From: an uncultured Actinomycetes bacterium
Lineage (GTDB): Bacteria > Actinomycetota > Actinomycetes > S36-B12 > UBA10799
DNA length: 64,000 nt
Direction: 5' to 3'
Assembly: GCA_964556255.1 (NCBI GenBank)
Contig: CAZKVQ010000001.1
Location: 48,294 to 112,293, forward strand
A program made the position numbers and the translations under genes. Within the stretch, counting starts at the first letter, position 1. The number at the start of each line of letters is the position of its first letter. The notes under the pieces are model-generated. The model did no database searches, was not told the origin of the DNA, and was given only the letters and a program-made list of their open reading frames with translations. Shown in pieces: positions 18,259-26,212 of the stretch.

Positions 18259-19431
18259 ATGTCGACCTCCACGTCCACCGATCAGGCGAACGCCCCGGCG
18301 CGCCCAATGATGCTGTCGGACTACCTTCGCAAACACGAGTTGGGTTTGAACCTGCTCAGGCTGGTTCTCGCTCTCCTCGTCATCTTCAGCCACGCCTTCC
18401 CGCTCGGCGGCTGGGGTCCCGATCCGCTGTGGCCGACCGGGACGCCCGCGACCTCCTATGGCGGCTTCGCGGTCGGCGGCTTCTTCGCCCTCAGCGGGAT
18501 GCTGGTGACGATGTCCGGGATGCGGAGCTCCGTGGAGCGCTTCCTGAAGTCGCGGTTCCTCCGCCTGGTACCGGCCTACTTCGTGGTCATCGTCCTCACA
18601 GCGGCGGTGTTGGCCCCCATCATCTATGTGTTGAGCAATCACACGTTCGCGGGCTACTTCAGCTTCAGCACTCAAGGCCCGGTCATGTATGTGATCAAGA
18701 ATCTGCAGTTCCCGTTCACCCTGCAGTTCGGCATCGACAACATTTTCCTGACGACGACCCCGTACGGGCGCGAGACCGGCCTGAGTGTGATCAACGGGTC
18801 GCTCTGGACCATTCCTATCGAGATCCGCTGCTACCTGATAGCACTGCTGGTGGTGCTGCTCGGCAAGATCTTCGGGGTCACCCGAACCGCGCTCGTCGCC
18901 CTGGCGGGGATCGCGTTCCTCATCGTCGTCGGCCACGTCCGGCCAGAGACCGCCGTTGTCGTCGCCCCAGAATGGCTGCCGTACTCACACCAGGCCTACG
19001 AACTGGTGTTCGTCTTCTTGTGCGGCGCCGCATTTGGCTCGGTGGCCCGTCGATTGCCGATGAACAAGGTGGTCGCCATCACCGCGGTGGCGGCCTTCGC
19101 GATCACGTCGGTGCTCGGGGGTGCGTGGTTCCGAACGATCGGGCTGGGATCGTTGGCCATCGTGCTGCCACTCGTGGCGGCGCTGCTGCCCAGTTCCAGA
19201 CTCGGTGTGTTCCGCAACGATCTCAGCTACGGCACCTACTTGTGGGCATTCCCCATCCAGCAAACGCTTGCCTTCCTGGGCATTGCGGCGATCCACTGGC
19301 TCTTCCTCGGAGGCTCGGTGGTGCTGACCCTGGTCTTGGCGGGGCTGAGCTGGAAACTCATCGAGCAACCGTCCCTGCGGCTGAAGAAGAAACGGTTGCG
19401 GGTCGGCCGTCCACGTACCGCTCCCCTGTAG
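18259..19431 (+). CDS. Acyltransferase family 3 integral membrane protein
   Basis: LNLLRLVLALLVIFSHAFPL, typical of Acyl_transf_3, with about 10 TM segments. Confidence 0.8.
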   Translation: MSTSTSTDQANAPARPMMLSDYLRKHELGLNLLRLVLALLVIFSHAFPLGGWGPDPLWPTGTPATSYGGFAVGGFFALSGMLVTMSGMRSSVERFLKSRFLRLVPAYFVVIVLTAAVLAPIIYVLSNHTFAGYFSFSTQGPVMYVIKNLQFPFTLQFGIDNIFLTTTPYGRETGLSVINGSLWTIPIEIRCYLIALLVVLLGKIFGVTRTALVALAGIAFLIVVGHVRPETAVVVAPEWLPYSHQAYELVFVFLCGAAFGSVARRLPMNKVVAITAVAAFAITSVLGGAWFRTIGLGSLAIVLPLVAALLPSSRLGVFRNDLSYGTYLWAFPIQQTLAFLGIAAIHWLFLGGSVVLTLVLAGLSWKLIEQPSLRLKKKRLRVGRPRTAPL

Positions 19432-19481
19432 CGCCCGGCCGAAACGGGTGCGATCTCGGTTGCCCGTTGACTTCTGCCGTC

Positions 19482-20003
19482 TTACCCCGGACCGATGATC
19501 AACTGCCCGGAGAGATGCTCCAGCTGGTAGAGCATCGCAAGTTCCTCCACGGCCTCTTCGCCGGGATCGAACTCCAGTTGCTGCGCGGCCGAAGCCAGGA
19601 ACTGCAGCGTGCGGGCGAAGGTGTGCCCCGGAGGATCAACCGGCTGAAAGTCCGACGGGCCGAACGACACCTGGAGCCGGTCGAACTGGATCAGGGCGAG
19701 TCCGGCGGCCCGGAGGGCGGTGGCCTCGCTGGCTGCTTGGGAACGAGGGTCGTCCTGCCAGGAGCGGAACATCCCCGCGATCGCTGCCGTCTCCGCCTGA
19801 GTGGTCTCGCGCTCGCGAATGCGGCCCGGTTCACCCGCCCGGACGAGCCGCCAGGACACGGTGGGCGGCCTACTGATCGTCAGTGTTAGCTGGGTGGGAC
19901 CGCTCGCTGCTAGGTAGGTCTCGTCCCACTCGAAGGCCACCCCGAAGGTGGCGCCGCTCACCGTGGCCGCCGGCCGCTTCTTCCGCGACCGACGGAATCT
20001 CAT
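19482..20003 (-). CDS. Hypothetical protein (173 aa), second gene of an overlapping pair
   Basis: I recognise no motif. Its start ATG overlaps the stop of the upstream HTH gene (ATGA at 20000-20003). Confidence 0.5.
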   Translation of the reverse strand: MRFRRSRKKRPAATVSGATFGVAFEWDETYLAASGPTQLTLTISRPPTVSWRLVRAGEPGRIRERETTQAETAAIAGMFRSWQDDPRSQAASEATALRAAGLALIQFDRLQVSFGPSDFQPVDPPGHTFARTLQFLASAAQQLEFDPGEEAVEELAMLYQLEHLSGQLIIGPG

Positions 20004-20488
20004 CTGTTCACCTCGCGTTCGGGGTCACCGTGGCGTCTCGGCCAAAGTTCGGCCGCCAGCGCATCTTCCAACACCGCCAACGTGTGGACGTCAGGCACCG
20101 TCTCGCCGGCGAGGGTGCGTCCGAGACTGGTCGCATCGATACCTGCTGCCCGCGCGACCGAGCGAAGGCTCCGGTCACCCGCGTGGTCGCGGTAGTTACT
20201 GGCGATGGCGGCGGTCACCAGCGCGTACACCGGGGCGTCTGCGGCGAATGGGCCGACCGGCCAATGCCCGTCGGGTGTCACCCAGTCTCTGGGCGGGATG
20301 TACCTACGCGCGGCCACCCGCACGATTGTGCCAGGGTCCGCATGAGGGCGCGGCGGTTCCAGTCCGTCCGTGCAGAGCCGCAGCGTCAAACGTGCAAGGA
20401 TCGCCGTGACGGACCTTCCGTACTCGGGCCCGTCACCCCAGCGGATACCCGTGCGGCCAAGTTTCCCCGCCGGATCGAGAGGAGCCAA
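20000..20488 (-). CDS. XRE-like helix-turn-helix protein (start uncertain)
   Basis: C-terminal HTH-like segment LRSVARAAGIDATSLGRTLAGETVPDVHTLAVLEDAL. The track start lies 2 bp from the divergent PhzF start, so the real start is probably internal. Confidence 0.5.
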   Translation of the reverse strand: MAPLDPAGKLGRTGIRWGDGPEYGRSVTAILARLTLRLCTDGLEPPRPHADPGTIVRVAARRYIPPRDWVTPDGHWPVGPFAADAPVYALVTAAIASNYRDHAGDRSLRSVARAAGIDATSLGRTLAGETVPDVHTLAVLEDALAAELWPRRHGDPEREVNR

Positions 20489-20490
20489 GC

Positions 20491-21351
20491 GTGAGCCACT
20501 CCCGCCCCTTCGCCCAGGTCGACGTCTTCACCACGACCGAGTTCAAGGGAAATCCACTCGCCGTTGTTCTAGATGGCTACGGCCTGTCGAGCCGAGAGAT
20601 GCAGAACTTCACCGACTGGACGAACCTCTCTGAGGCCACCTTCATCCTGCCTCCAACCGACGAGCGGGCTGACTACCAGGTACGCATCTTCTCCCCGGGC
20701 AGGGAGCTTCCGTTCGCTGGGCACCCGACCATCGGGACGGCCCACGCGTGGCTCGCGCACGGAGGGAAGCCGAAAGGGGACACGATCGTGCAGGAGTGCG
20801 GCGCCGGTCTTGTGCGGCTGCGTCGCGACGGCGACCGGCTGTACTTCGCGGCGCCACCGCTGCTCCGACATGGCCCGCTGCCGGAGGCGGATGTGGGTCG
20901 GATAGCTGCCGGTCTGGGGGTTCCCCGTTCGGAGATTCTGGCGCACTCGTGGTGCGCGAACGGACCACACTGGCGCACGGTGATGCTGCCCTCGGCAGAC
21001 GAGGTGTTGGCGGTGATGCCCGACCCGGCGATCCTCGGAGACTGGGATGTCGGCGTAGTCGGGCTGCGGGCCGGACACACGGTGGGTGATGAGTTCGACC
21101 ATGACTGGACCTTCGAGGTGAGAGCCTTCTTCCCAACCGCCCAGGGCATGGCTGAAGATCCGGTAACCGGAAGTCTCAATGCCGCGCTGGCCCAATGGCT
21201 GATCAGCGAGGACATGGCACCGGGATCCTTCAGCGTCCGGCAGGGCACCGCGTTGGGGCGCAACGGTCGCGTGTACGTGCACTCCGAGCACGGCGGCGTC
21301 TGGGTAGGCGGAGACAGCGTCGTCTGCATCAACGGAACCGTGGACATGTGA
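20491..21351 (+). CDS. PhzF family isomerase
   Basis: FAQVDVFTTTEFKGNPLAVVLDG N-terminus, and the FSPGRELPFAGHPTIGTA and EDPVTGS blocks. Confidence 0.85.
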   Translation: MSHSRPFAQVDVFTTTEFKGNPLAVVLDGYGLSSREMQNFTDWTNLSEATFILPPTDERADYQVRIFSPGRELPFAGHPTIGTAHAWLAHGGKPKGDTIVQECGAGLVRLRRDGDRLYFAAPPLLRHGPLPEADVGRIAAGLGVPRSEILAHSWCANGPHWRTVMLPSADEVLAVMPDPAILGDWDVGVVGLRAGHTVGDEFDHDWTFEVRAFFPTAQGMAEDPVTGSLNAALAQWLISEDMAPGSFSVRQGTALGRNGRVYVHSEHGGVWVGGDSVVCINGTVDM

Positions 21352-21488
21352 GAGAAGGTCCTGTCGAGGGCGGGGGTGGGCCGGTGTTTTCGTCGCTCCT
21401 CGCCGCGCCGGCGAAAGATCTTCCTCAGAGAGATCTGGGCCACAACGAGGGGTGATACGGCACGCGTTCCGATACGGGTCGTTATCAT

Positions 21489-22619
21489 TTGTCGGTGCGC
21501 TGGAAACTCAGGTCCGTGATACCCGGACTCGCCGCGACCGGTGCCCTCGTCCTCGGAGTCGGCCTCGCTTTCGCTTCAGGTGGGCACGAACCGGGAACCC
21601 CGGCGGCAACCCACGCTGCGTCACCGGCGCACGCGCCCTCTGGTGATCCCGCGACCAATGCCGGGGCCAACGCGGATGCCGGCGGCCACGATGCAGCCGC
21701 CGCTGGCGACCATGTCGTGCCTGTCTCAGGAACGTCGGGCAACGTCGACGCCTACACGGCGCTGCGCGATCGAACCATTGCGATCCTGCGCACCAAGGGC
21801 GCCGAGGCCGCGCTGGCCGATCTCGATGCCGCGATCCTCACCAACCCCGCCTATCCGGGAGTCTGCCACGCGGTCGCCCACGATCTAGGACACGAGGCAT
21901 TGCGGCTCGCCGGTGGCGACACCTCACAGGTGCTCAACGCCCGTAATGACGTCTGTGGCGGCGGCTTCATGCACGGCGCGGTGGAGGCAAAACTCGGAGC
22001 CAGCGGCGACATCAGCCAGGACATCTGGAGCATTTGCGCCCCGGATCAGGACGGGTCCTGCCTGCACGGTGTGGGCCACGGCGTGATGTTCGCGACCAAG
22101 GGTGACGTCGAAGCATCGATGGATCTGTGCGACCAACTGGCTGGATTGACGCAAGGCGCTCGCTGCGCAGAAGGCCTGATGATGCAACTGTGGAACGCCG
22201 ACGCCGCGGCCGGCCACGCGGGTGCTGGCGCGAAGAAGCCCGAAGATGCGCTGCGGATCTGCCCGGAGGTCCGCGAACCGTACGGTTCCGCATGCTGGTT
22301 CTACTCCCCCACGCTCATCCTCGGCCAGAACCCGGATGGCTGGGCACAAGTCGCCTCCTGGTGCACGAACGAGGTGCCGGAGAGTGGCCGCGGGATGTGC
22401 ACCATGGGACTCGGGAGCCGCGCGGTCAAATACCACACTGAGGACATCTCAAAGGCGGCGTCCTACTGCCAACTGCTCCCCGACGACTACGTCAATTCCT
22501 GCCTGTCCGGTATGGGCTCTTACTGGGCCGTGCACTGGAAGGGTGAGCGCGCCCGCGTCACGGTGTGCGACGAGATCAAGGACTCCGATCTCGCGGATCG
22601 TTGCCGTACCGTTTTCTAA
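21489..22619 (+). CDS. Secreted or anchored Cys/His-rich repeat protein of unknown function
   Basis: N-terminal hydrophobic signal or anchor and a low-complexity linker, followed by 14 Cys. Most Cys sit in C-x7-11-C pairs recurring about every 32-36 aa (for example CAPDQDGSC, CQLLPDDYVNSC). Confidence 0.6.
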   Translation: MSVRWKLRSVIPGLAATGALVLGVGLAFASGGHEPGTPAATHAASPAHAPSGDPATNAGANADAGGHDAAAAGDHVVPVSGTSGNVDAYTALRDRTIAILRTKGAEAALADLDAAILTNPAYPGVCHAVAHDLGHEALRLAGGDTSQVLNARNDVCGGGFMHGAVEAKLGASGDISQDIWSICAPDQDGSCLHGVGHGVMFATKGDVEASMDLCDQLAGLTQGARCAEGLMMQLWNADAAAGHAGAGAKKPEDALRICPEVREPYGSACWFYSPTLILGQNPDGWAQVASWCTNEVPESGRGMCTMGLGSRAVKYHTEDISKAASYCQLLPDDYVNSCLSGMGSYWAVHWKGERARVTVCDEIKDSDLADRCRTVF

Positions 22620-22706
22620 ACACACCAGTGGCGGAGTCTGATGATCCGCAGCTTTTCTCCCGGGGCGCGATCCTGACCAGACTCGCCCCGTGGCACCCTG
22701 ACTGTC

Positions 22707-23531
22707 ATGCCGAAAACCCCGCGCGCCGATTCTGCTGGCACGGACACCCCTGCCCGATACCTCCGGTTCGTAGCTCTCGGGGATTCCTTCACCGAAGGTT
22801 TGGACGACCCCTATCCTGACGGCACCTTCCGGGGCTGGGCCGACCGGTTCGCCGATTTGCTCGCCGCCCAAGAACCGCAGGTTCGCTACGCCAACCTGGC
22901 CGTTCGCGGAAAGAAGATCGACCAAGTCGTCGACGAACAGGTACCCGCAGCTCTAGCTCTGCAGCCCGACCTGGTCTCGTTCGCCGCCGGCGTCAACGAC
23001 GTGCTGCGACCGAAGGTGGACATCTCGCACATCGCCACCCAAATCGAGTCCAGCATCAGGGATTTGAAGGCGGCGGGTTCGCAGGTGATTCTCACCTGCG
23101 TGGGTGACCCCTCTCGACGGTCCGCCCTCCTCGGCAGGGTGGCCGGGCGCATCGAGGAGTACGACGGGCACCTACGCAGGATCGGCGCCACATACGGCTG
23201 CGCCGTGATGGACTTCTGGGGGGTCGAGGTCTTCGACGACGAGAGATGCTGGTCCGTCGACCGACTTCATCTTTCCCCGATCGGACATGATCGGGTGGCG
23301 CGGGCGGCGGCGGACGTGCTTGGGTTCGGTGATGACACCTGGCGCGATCTCCTTCCGCCCGCCACCAATACGCCATGGCTGCAACGTCGACGTCTCGACA
23401 TCGAGTGGGCATACTCCTATCTCGGCCCATGGGTCGGGCGGCGGTTGCGCGGAACCAGCAGCGGGGACTCGGTACTCGCCAAGCGTCCCCGATTGACACC
23501 CGTCCTGCGTGCGGAATCCTCTTGGGCCTAG
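22707..23531 (+). CDS. SGNH/GDSL hydrolase
   Basis: Block I FVALGDSFTEG, and a later block DRLHLSPIGHD. Confidence 0.8.
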   Translation: MPKTPRADSAGTDTPARYLRFVALGDSFTEGLDDPYPDGTFRGWADRFADLLAAQEPQVRYANLAVRGKKIDQVVDEQVPAALALQPDLVSFAAGVNDVLRPKVDISHIATQIESSIRDLKAAGSQVILTCVGDPSRRSALLGRVAGRIEEYDGHLRRIGATYGCAVMDFWGVEVFDDERCWSVDRLHLSPIGHDRVARAAADVLGFGDDTWRDLLPPATNTPWLQRRRLDIEWAYSYLGPWVGRRLRGTSSGDSVLAKRPRLTPVLRAESSWA

Positions 23532-23543
23532 CAGACTGCTGCC

Positions 23544-23822
23544 ATGGACAGGGATACAGCAGATAAGGTCGCCGACGCATTGCAGGCGCGCGGTCACTTC
23601 GCCCGAGTTGCCAACATCGGAACCAACCGGATCGCAGTGCGAATCGCCTTGCCCGATGGCCGCGAGGTGCTGTGGGACGCCGACGGCGCCGCAGGTCTGG
23701 AAGCGCAGGTAATGCGAGACGGTGACCTCGTGGGTTTCGTGCCGGTGATTCCGGGATCCGCGGATTTCGATGTGGAGCAGGCAGTCGCGGCGATCGACGC
23801 CGCCGACTACGGCGCCGGCTGA
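23544..23822 (+). CDS. Hypothetical small protein (92 aa)
   Basis: The ORF starts 12 nt after the SGNH gene. No recognisable motif. Confidence 0.4.
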   Translation: MDRDTADKVADALQARGHFARVANIGTNRIAVRIALPDGREVLWDADGAAGLEAQVMRDGDLVGFVPVIPGSADFDVEQAVAAIDAADYGAG

Positions 23823-23896
23823 GCGCGGACGACTTCTTCTCACGCACCTCCACGGCGCCCAGGATCGCTATAAGTTGGGCGCACCGGGGAGGACAT

Positions 23897-24559
23897 GTGA
23901 CAGACGAACAACCCATAGCGGCGCAGTCGGACCTCGCCAGTGTTCCGACGATTTCGCTGTGGGGTGCGGTCGCGGTAGTGCTGGTGATCGCGGGGATCCA
24001 GTTGCTCCTGCCGGAGTCCGTCTCTCTGGGGCCGTTCTGGCTGATCCCTGCCGTGGAGGTGCTCGCGGCGCCGGCGGGCCTGCTGATCCTTCGCGCGGCC
24101 GGCACACCACGCCGCGCCCTCAGAACCATGCTTGACGCCTCGTTGGCGTTCCTGGTTTTCGCCAGCGTATGCAATGCCCTGTTGCTCCTGCTTTCGCTGC
24201 TGAACGACAGCGACGAGAATGGCCAGCAACTGCTGCTGGCAGGGTTCGGCGTGCTGATCATCAACGTGCTGAGCTTCGGCCTTATCTACTGGCACCTCGA
24301 CGGCGGCGGCCCGCGGGCCAGGATCCGCGGCGAGGCCACCAACCGAGACTTCCTCTTCCCACAACAGGACAAGGAGCCGGAGTGGCAGCCGACCCTCACC
24401 GACTACCTGTTCACCGCCTACACGAACATCATCGCGTTCAGCCCTACGGACACGATGCCGCTCAGCCACCGGGTGAAGTTCCTCTTCACCGTGCAATCCA
24501 GTGTCTCGCTGGTGACCATCCTGGTCACGGTCAGCAGGGCCATCAACCTCATCAGTTGA
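23897..24559 (+). CDS. DUF1345-like membrane protein
   Basis: Four TM segments. The C-terminal segment DYLFTAYTNIIAFSPTDTMPLSHRVKFLFTVQSSVSLV resembles DUF1345. Confidence 0.6.
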   Translation: MTDEQPIAAQSDLASVPTISLWGAVAVVLVIAGIQLLLPESVSLGPFWLIPAVEVLAAPAGLLILRAAGTPRRALRTMLDASLAFLVFASVCNALLLLLSLLNDSDENGQQLLLAGFGVLIINVLSFGLIYWHLDGGGPRARIRGEATNRDFLFPQQDKEPEWQPTLTDYLFTAYTNIIAFSPTDTMPLSHRVKFLFTVQSSVSLVTILVTVSRAINLIS

Positions 24560-24649
24560 CCTCTGTCTGGCCGTGCATCGCCCGGCGTGCAGGTAGGGTC
24601 AGCACGAACCGTTCGCCGCGATCAGAGCTTCACGGACCCGGGAGGCACC

Positions 24650-25582
24650 ATGGACGTTCTACGCACGCCCGATGAGCGCTTCGCAAACCTGCCCGGCTAC
24701 CCATTCGAACCTCACTACGCGCAGGTGCCGCGCGGCGATGGTTCCGGCGAGTTGCGGGTCCACTACCTCGACGAGGGTGATCCTTCGTCGCCCGTGGTGC
24801 TGCTGCTGCACGGTGAACCATCCTGGTCCTACCTGTACCGGACCATGATCCCGGAACTCGTCGGGGCGGGATTGCGCTGTGTTGCCCCCGACCTGCCCGG
24901 TTTCGGCCGCTCCGACAAACCCGCCGAACGTGCCGACTACACCTTCGAAAGGCACGTCGAGTGGCTCCGAGCGCTGGTGTTCGACCACCTCGATCTATCC
25001 GACATCACCCTGGTCTGCCAGGACTGGGGCGGCCTGCTGGGTCTGAGGTTGGTGGGCGAGCACCCCGACAGATTCGCCCGCGTTGTCGCCGCCAACACCT
25101 ACCTGCCCACCGGTGACTCGCCTCCCGGGGATGCCTTCCTGTCATGGCAGAAGTTCTCCCAGACGGTGCCGGAGATGCCGATCGGCTCCATCGTCAACAT
25201 GGGTTGCACCACCGAACTCTCCGCCGAGGTGGTTGCCGCCTACGACGCGCCCTTCCCGGACGACTCGTTCAAGGAGGGCGCCCGGCAGTTCCCGATACTC
25301 GTGCCGACGAGTCCCGACGACCCGGCCGCACCCGCCAACCGTGCCGCGTGGGAGACCCTTGAGCGTTTCGAGCGGCCCTTCCTGTGCGCCTTCTCCGACA
25401 ACGACCCGATAACTGCCGGCGCAGACAAGGTGCTGATGGCCCGGATTCCGGGGGCTAAGGACCAGCCCCATGTAACGATCGAGGGCGGCGGCCACTTCCT
25501 GCAAGAGGATCGCGGACCCGCGCTCGCCTCAGCGGTGACAGACCTCGTGGCGCGCGATCAGTCCACACATGGAACTGTGTAG
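24650..25582 (+). CDS. Haloalkane dehalogenase (alpha/beta hydrolase, HLD-I type)
   Basis: RTPDERFANLPGYPFEPHY, HGEPSWSYLYR, and nucleophile motif CQDWGG. A GGAGG RBS precedes the ATG at 24650. Confidence 0.85.
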   Translation: MDVLRTPDERFANLPGYPFEPHYAQVPRGDGSGELRVHYLDEGDPSSPVVLLLHGEPSWSYLYRTMIPELVGAGLRCVAPDLPGFGRSDKPAERADYTFERHVEWLRALVFDHLDLSDITLVCQDWGGLLGLRLVGEHPDRFARVVAANTYLPTGDSPPGDAFLSWQKFSQTVPEMPIGSIVNMGCTTELSAEVVAAYDAPFPDDSFKEGARQFPILVPTSPDDPAAPANRAAWETLERFERPFLCAFSDNDPITAGADKVLMARIPGAKDQPHVTIEGGGHFLQEDRGPALASAVTDLVARDQSTHGTV

Positions 25583-25584
25583 CC

Positions 25585-26166
25585 GTGAACAACAAAGCGC
25601 CCGTGGCCCACCGGTGGTCATACGTCGAGATGCTGATCTCCAGCTTGATCGGGCTGGTAGCGTCGCTGGTCCTCTCGCAGGAGGCGGTGACGCTGGCGGC
25701 TAACCCGAACGCGGCCCTGGCTTGCAATATCAGCGCGAAGATCTCGTGCGGCGCGGTAGGGGTCTCCTGGCAGGCGGCCCTGCTGGGGTTCCCGAACGCG
25801 TTTCTGGGGCTGATCGCCGAGCCGGTTGTCATCACGATCGCCGTCGCCTCGTTGGGCGGGGTACGGTTCCCGCGCTGGTTCATGTTGGGCGCCCAGACCG
25901 TCTACTTCATCGGTTTCGCCTTCGCCTACTGGCTCTTCTTCGAGGCCTACTTCGTCATCGGCGCCCTGTGCCCGTGGTGCCTGCTGATCACTGTCACCAC
26001 GACCTTGGTGTTCTTCTCGATGACCCGGGTGAACATCCTCGAGGGCAACCTCGGCGTCGGCCTCCAACGCAAACTCGAGTACCCGCTGCGGGTCGGTGCC
26101 GATGTGGCGCTGTCGGTGATCCTCATCGCGCTGCTGGCCGCAGCCGTCATCATCGGCTACATCTAG
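25585..26166 (+). CDS. Vitamin K epoxide reductase (VKOR) family protein
   Basis: Loop cysteine pair CNISAKISC and active-site CPWC within a 4-5 TM protein. The GTG start is 2 nt after the dehalogenase stop. Confidence 0.8.
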   Translation: MNNKAPVAHRWSYVEMLISSLIGLVASLVLSQEAVTLAANPNAALACNISAKISCGAVGVSWQAALLGFPNAFLGLIAEPVVITIAVASLGGVRFPRWFMLGAQTVYFIGFAFAYWLFFEAYFVIGALCPWCLLITVTTTLVFFSMTRVNILEGNLGVGLQRKLEYPLRVGADVALSVILIALLAAAVIIGYI

Positions 26167-26212
26167 CCGCACGCCCCGTCGCGGGGCACGACCTGCTCGG
26201 TCGCGGGCAGGC

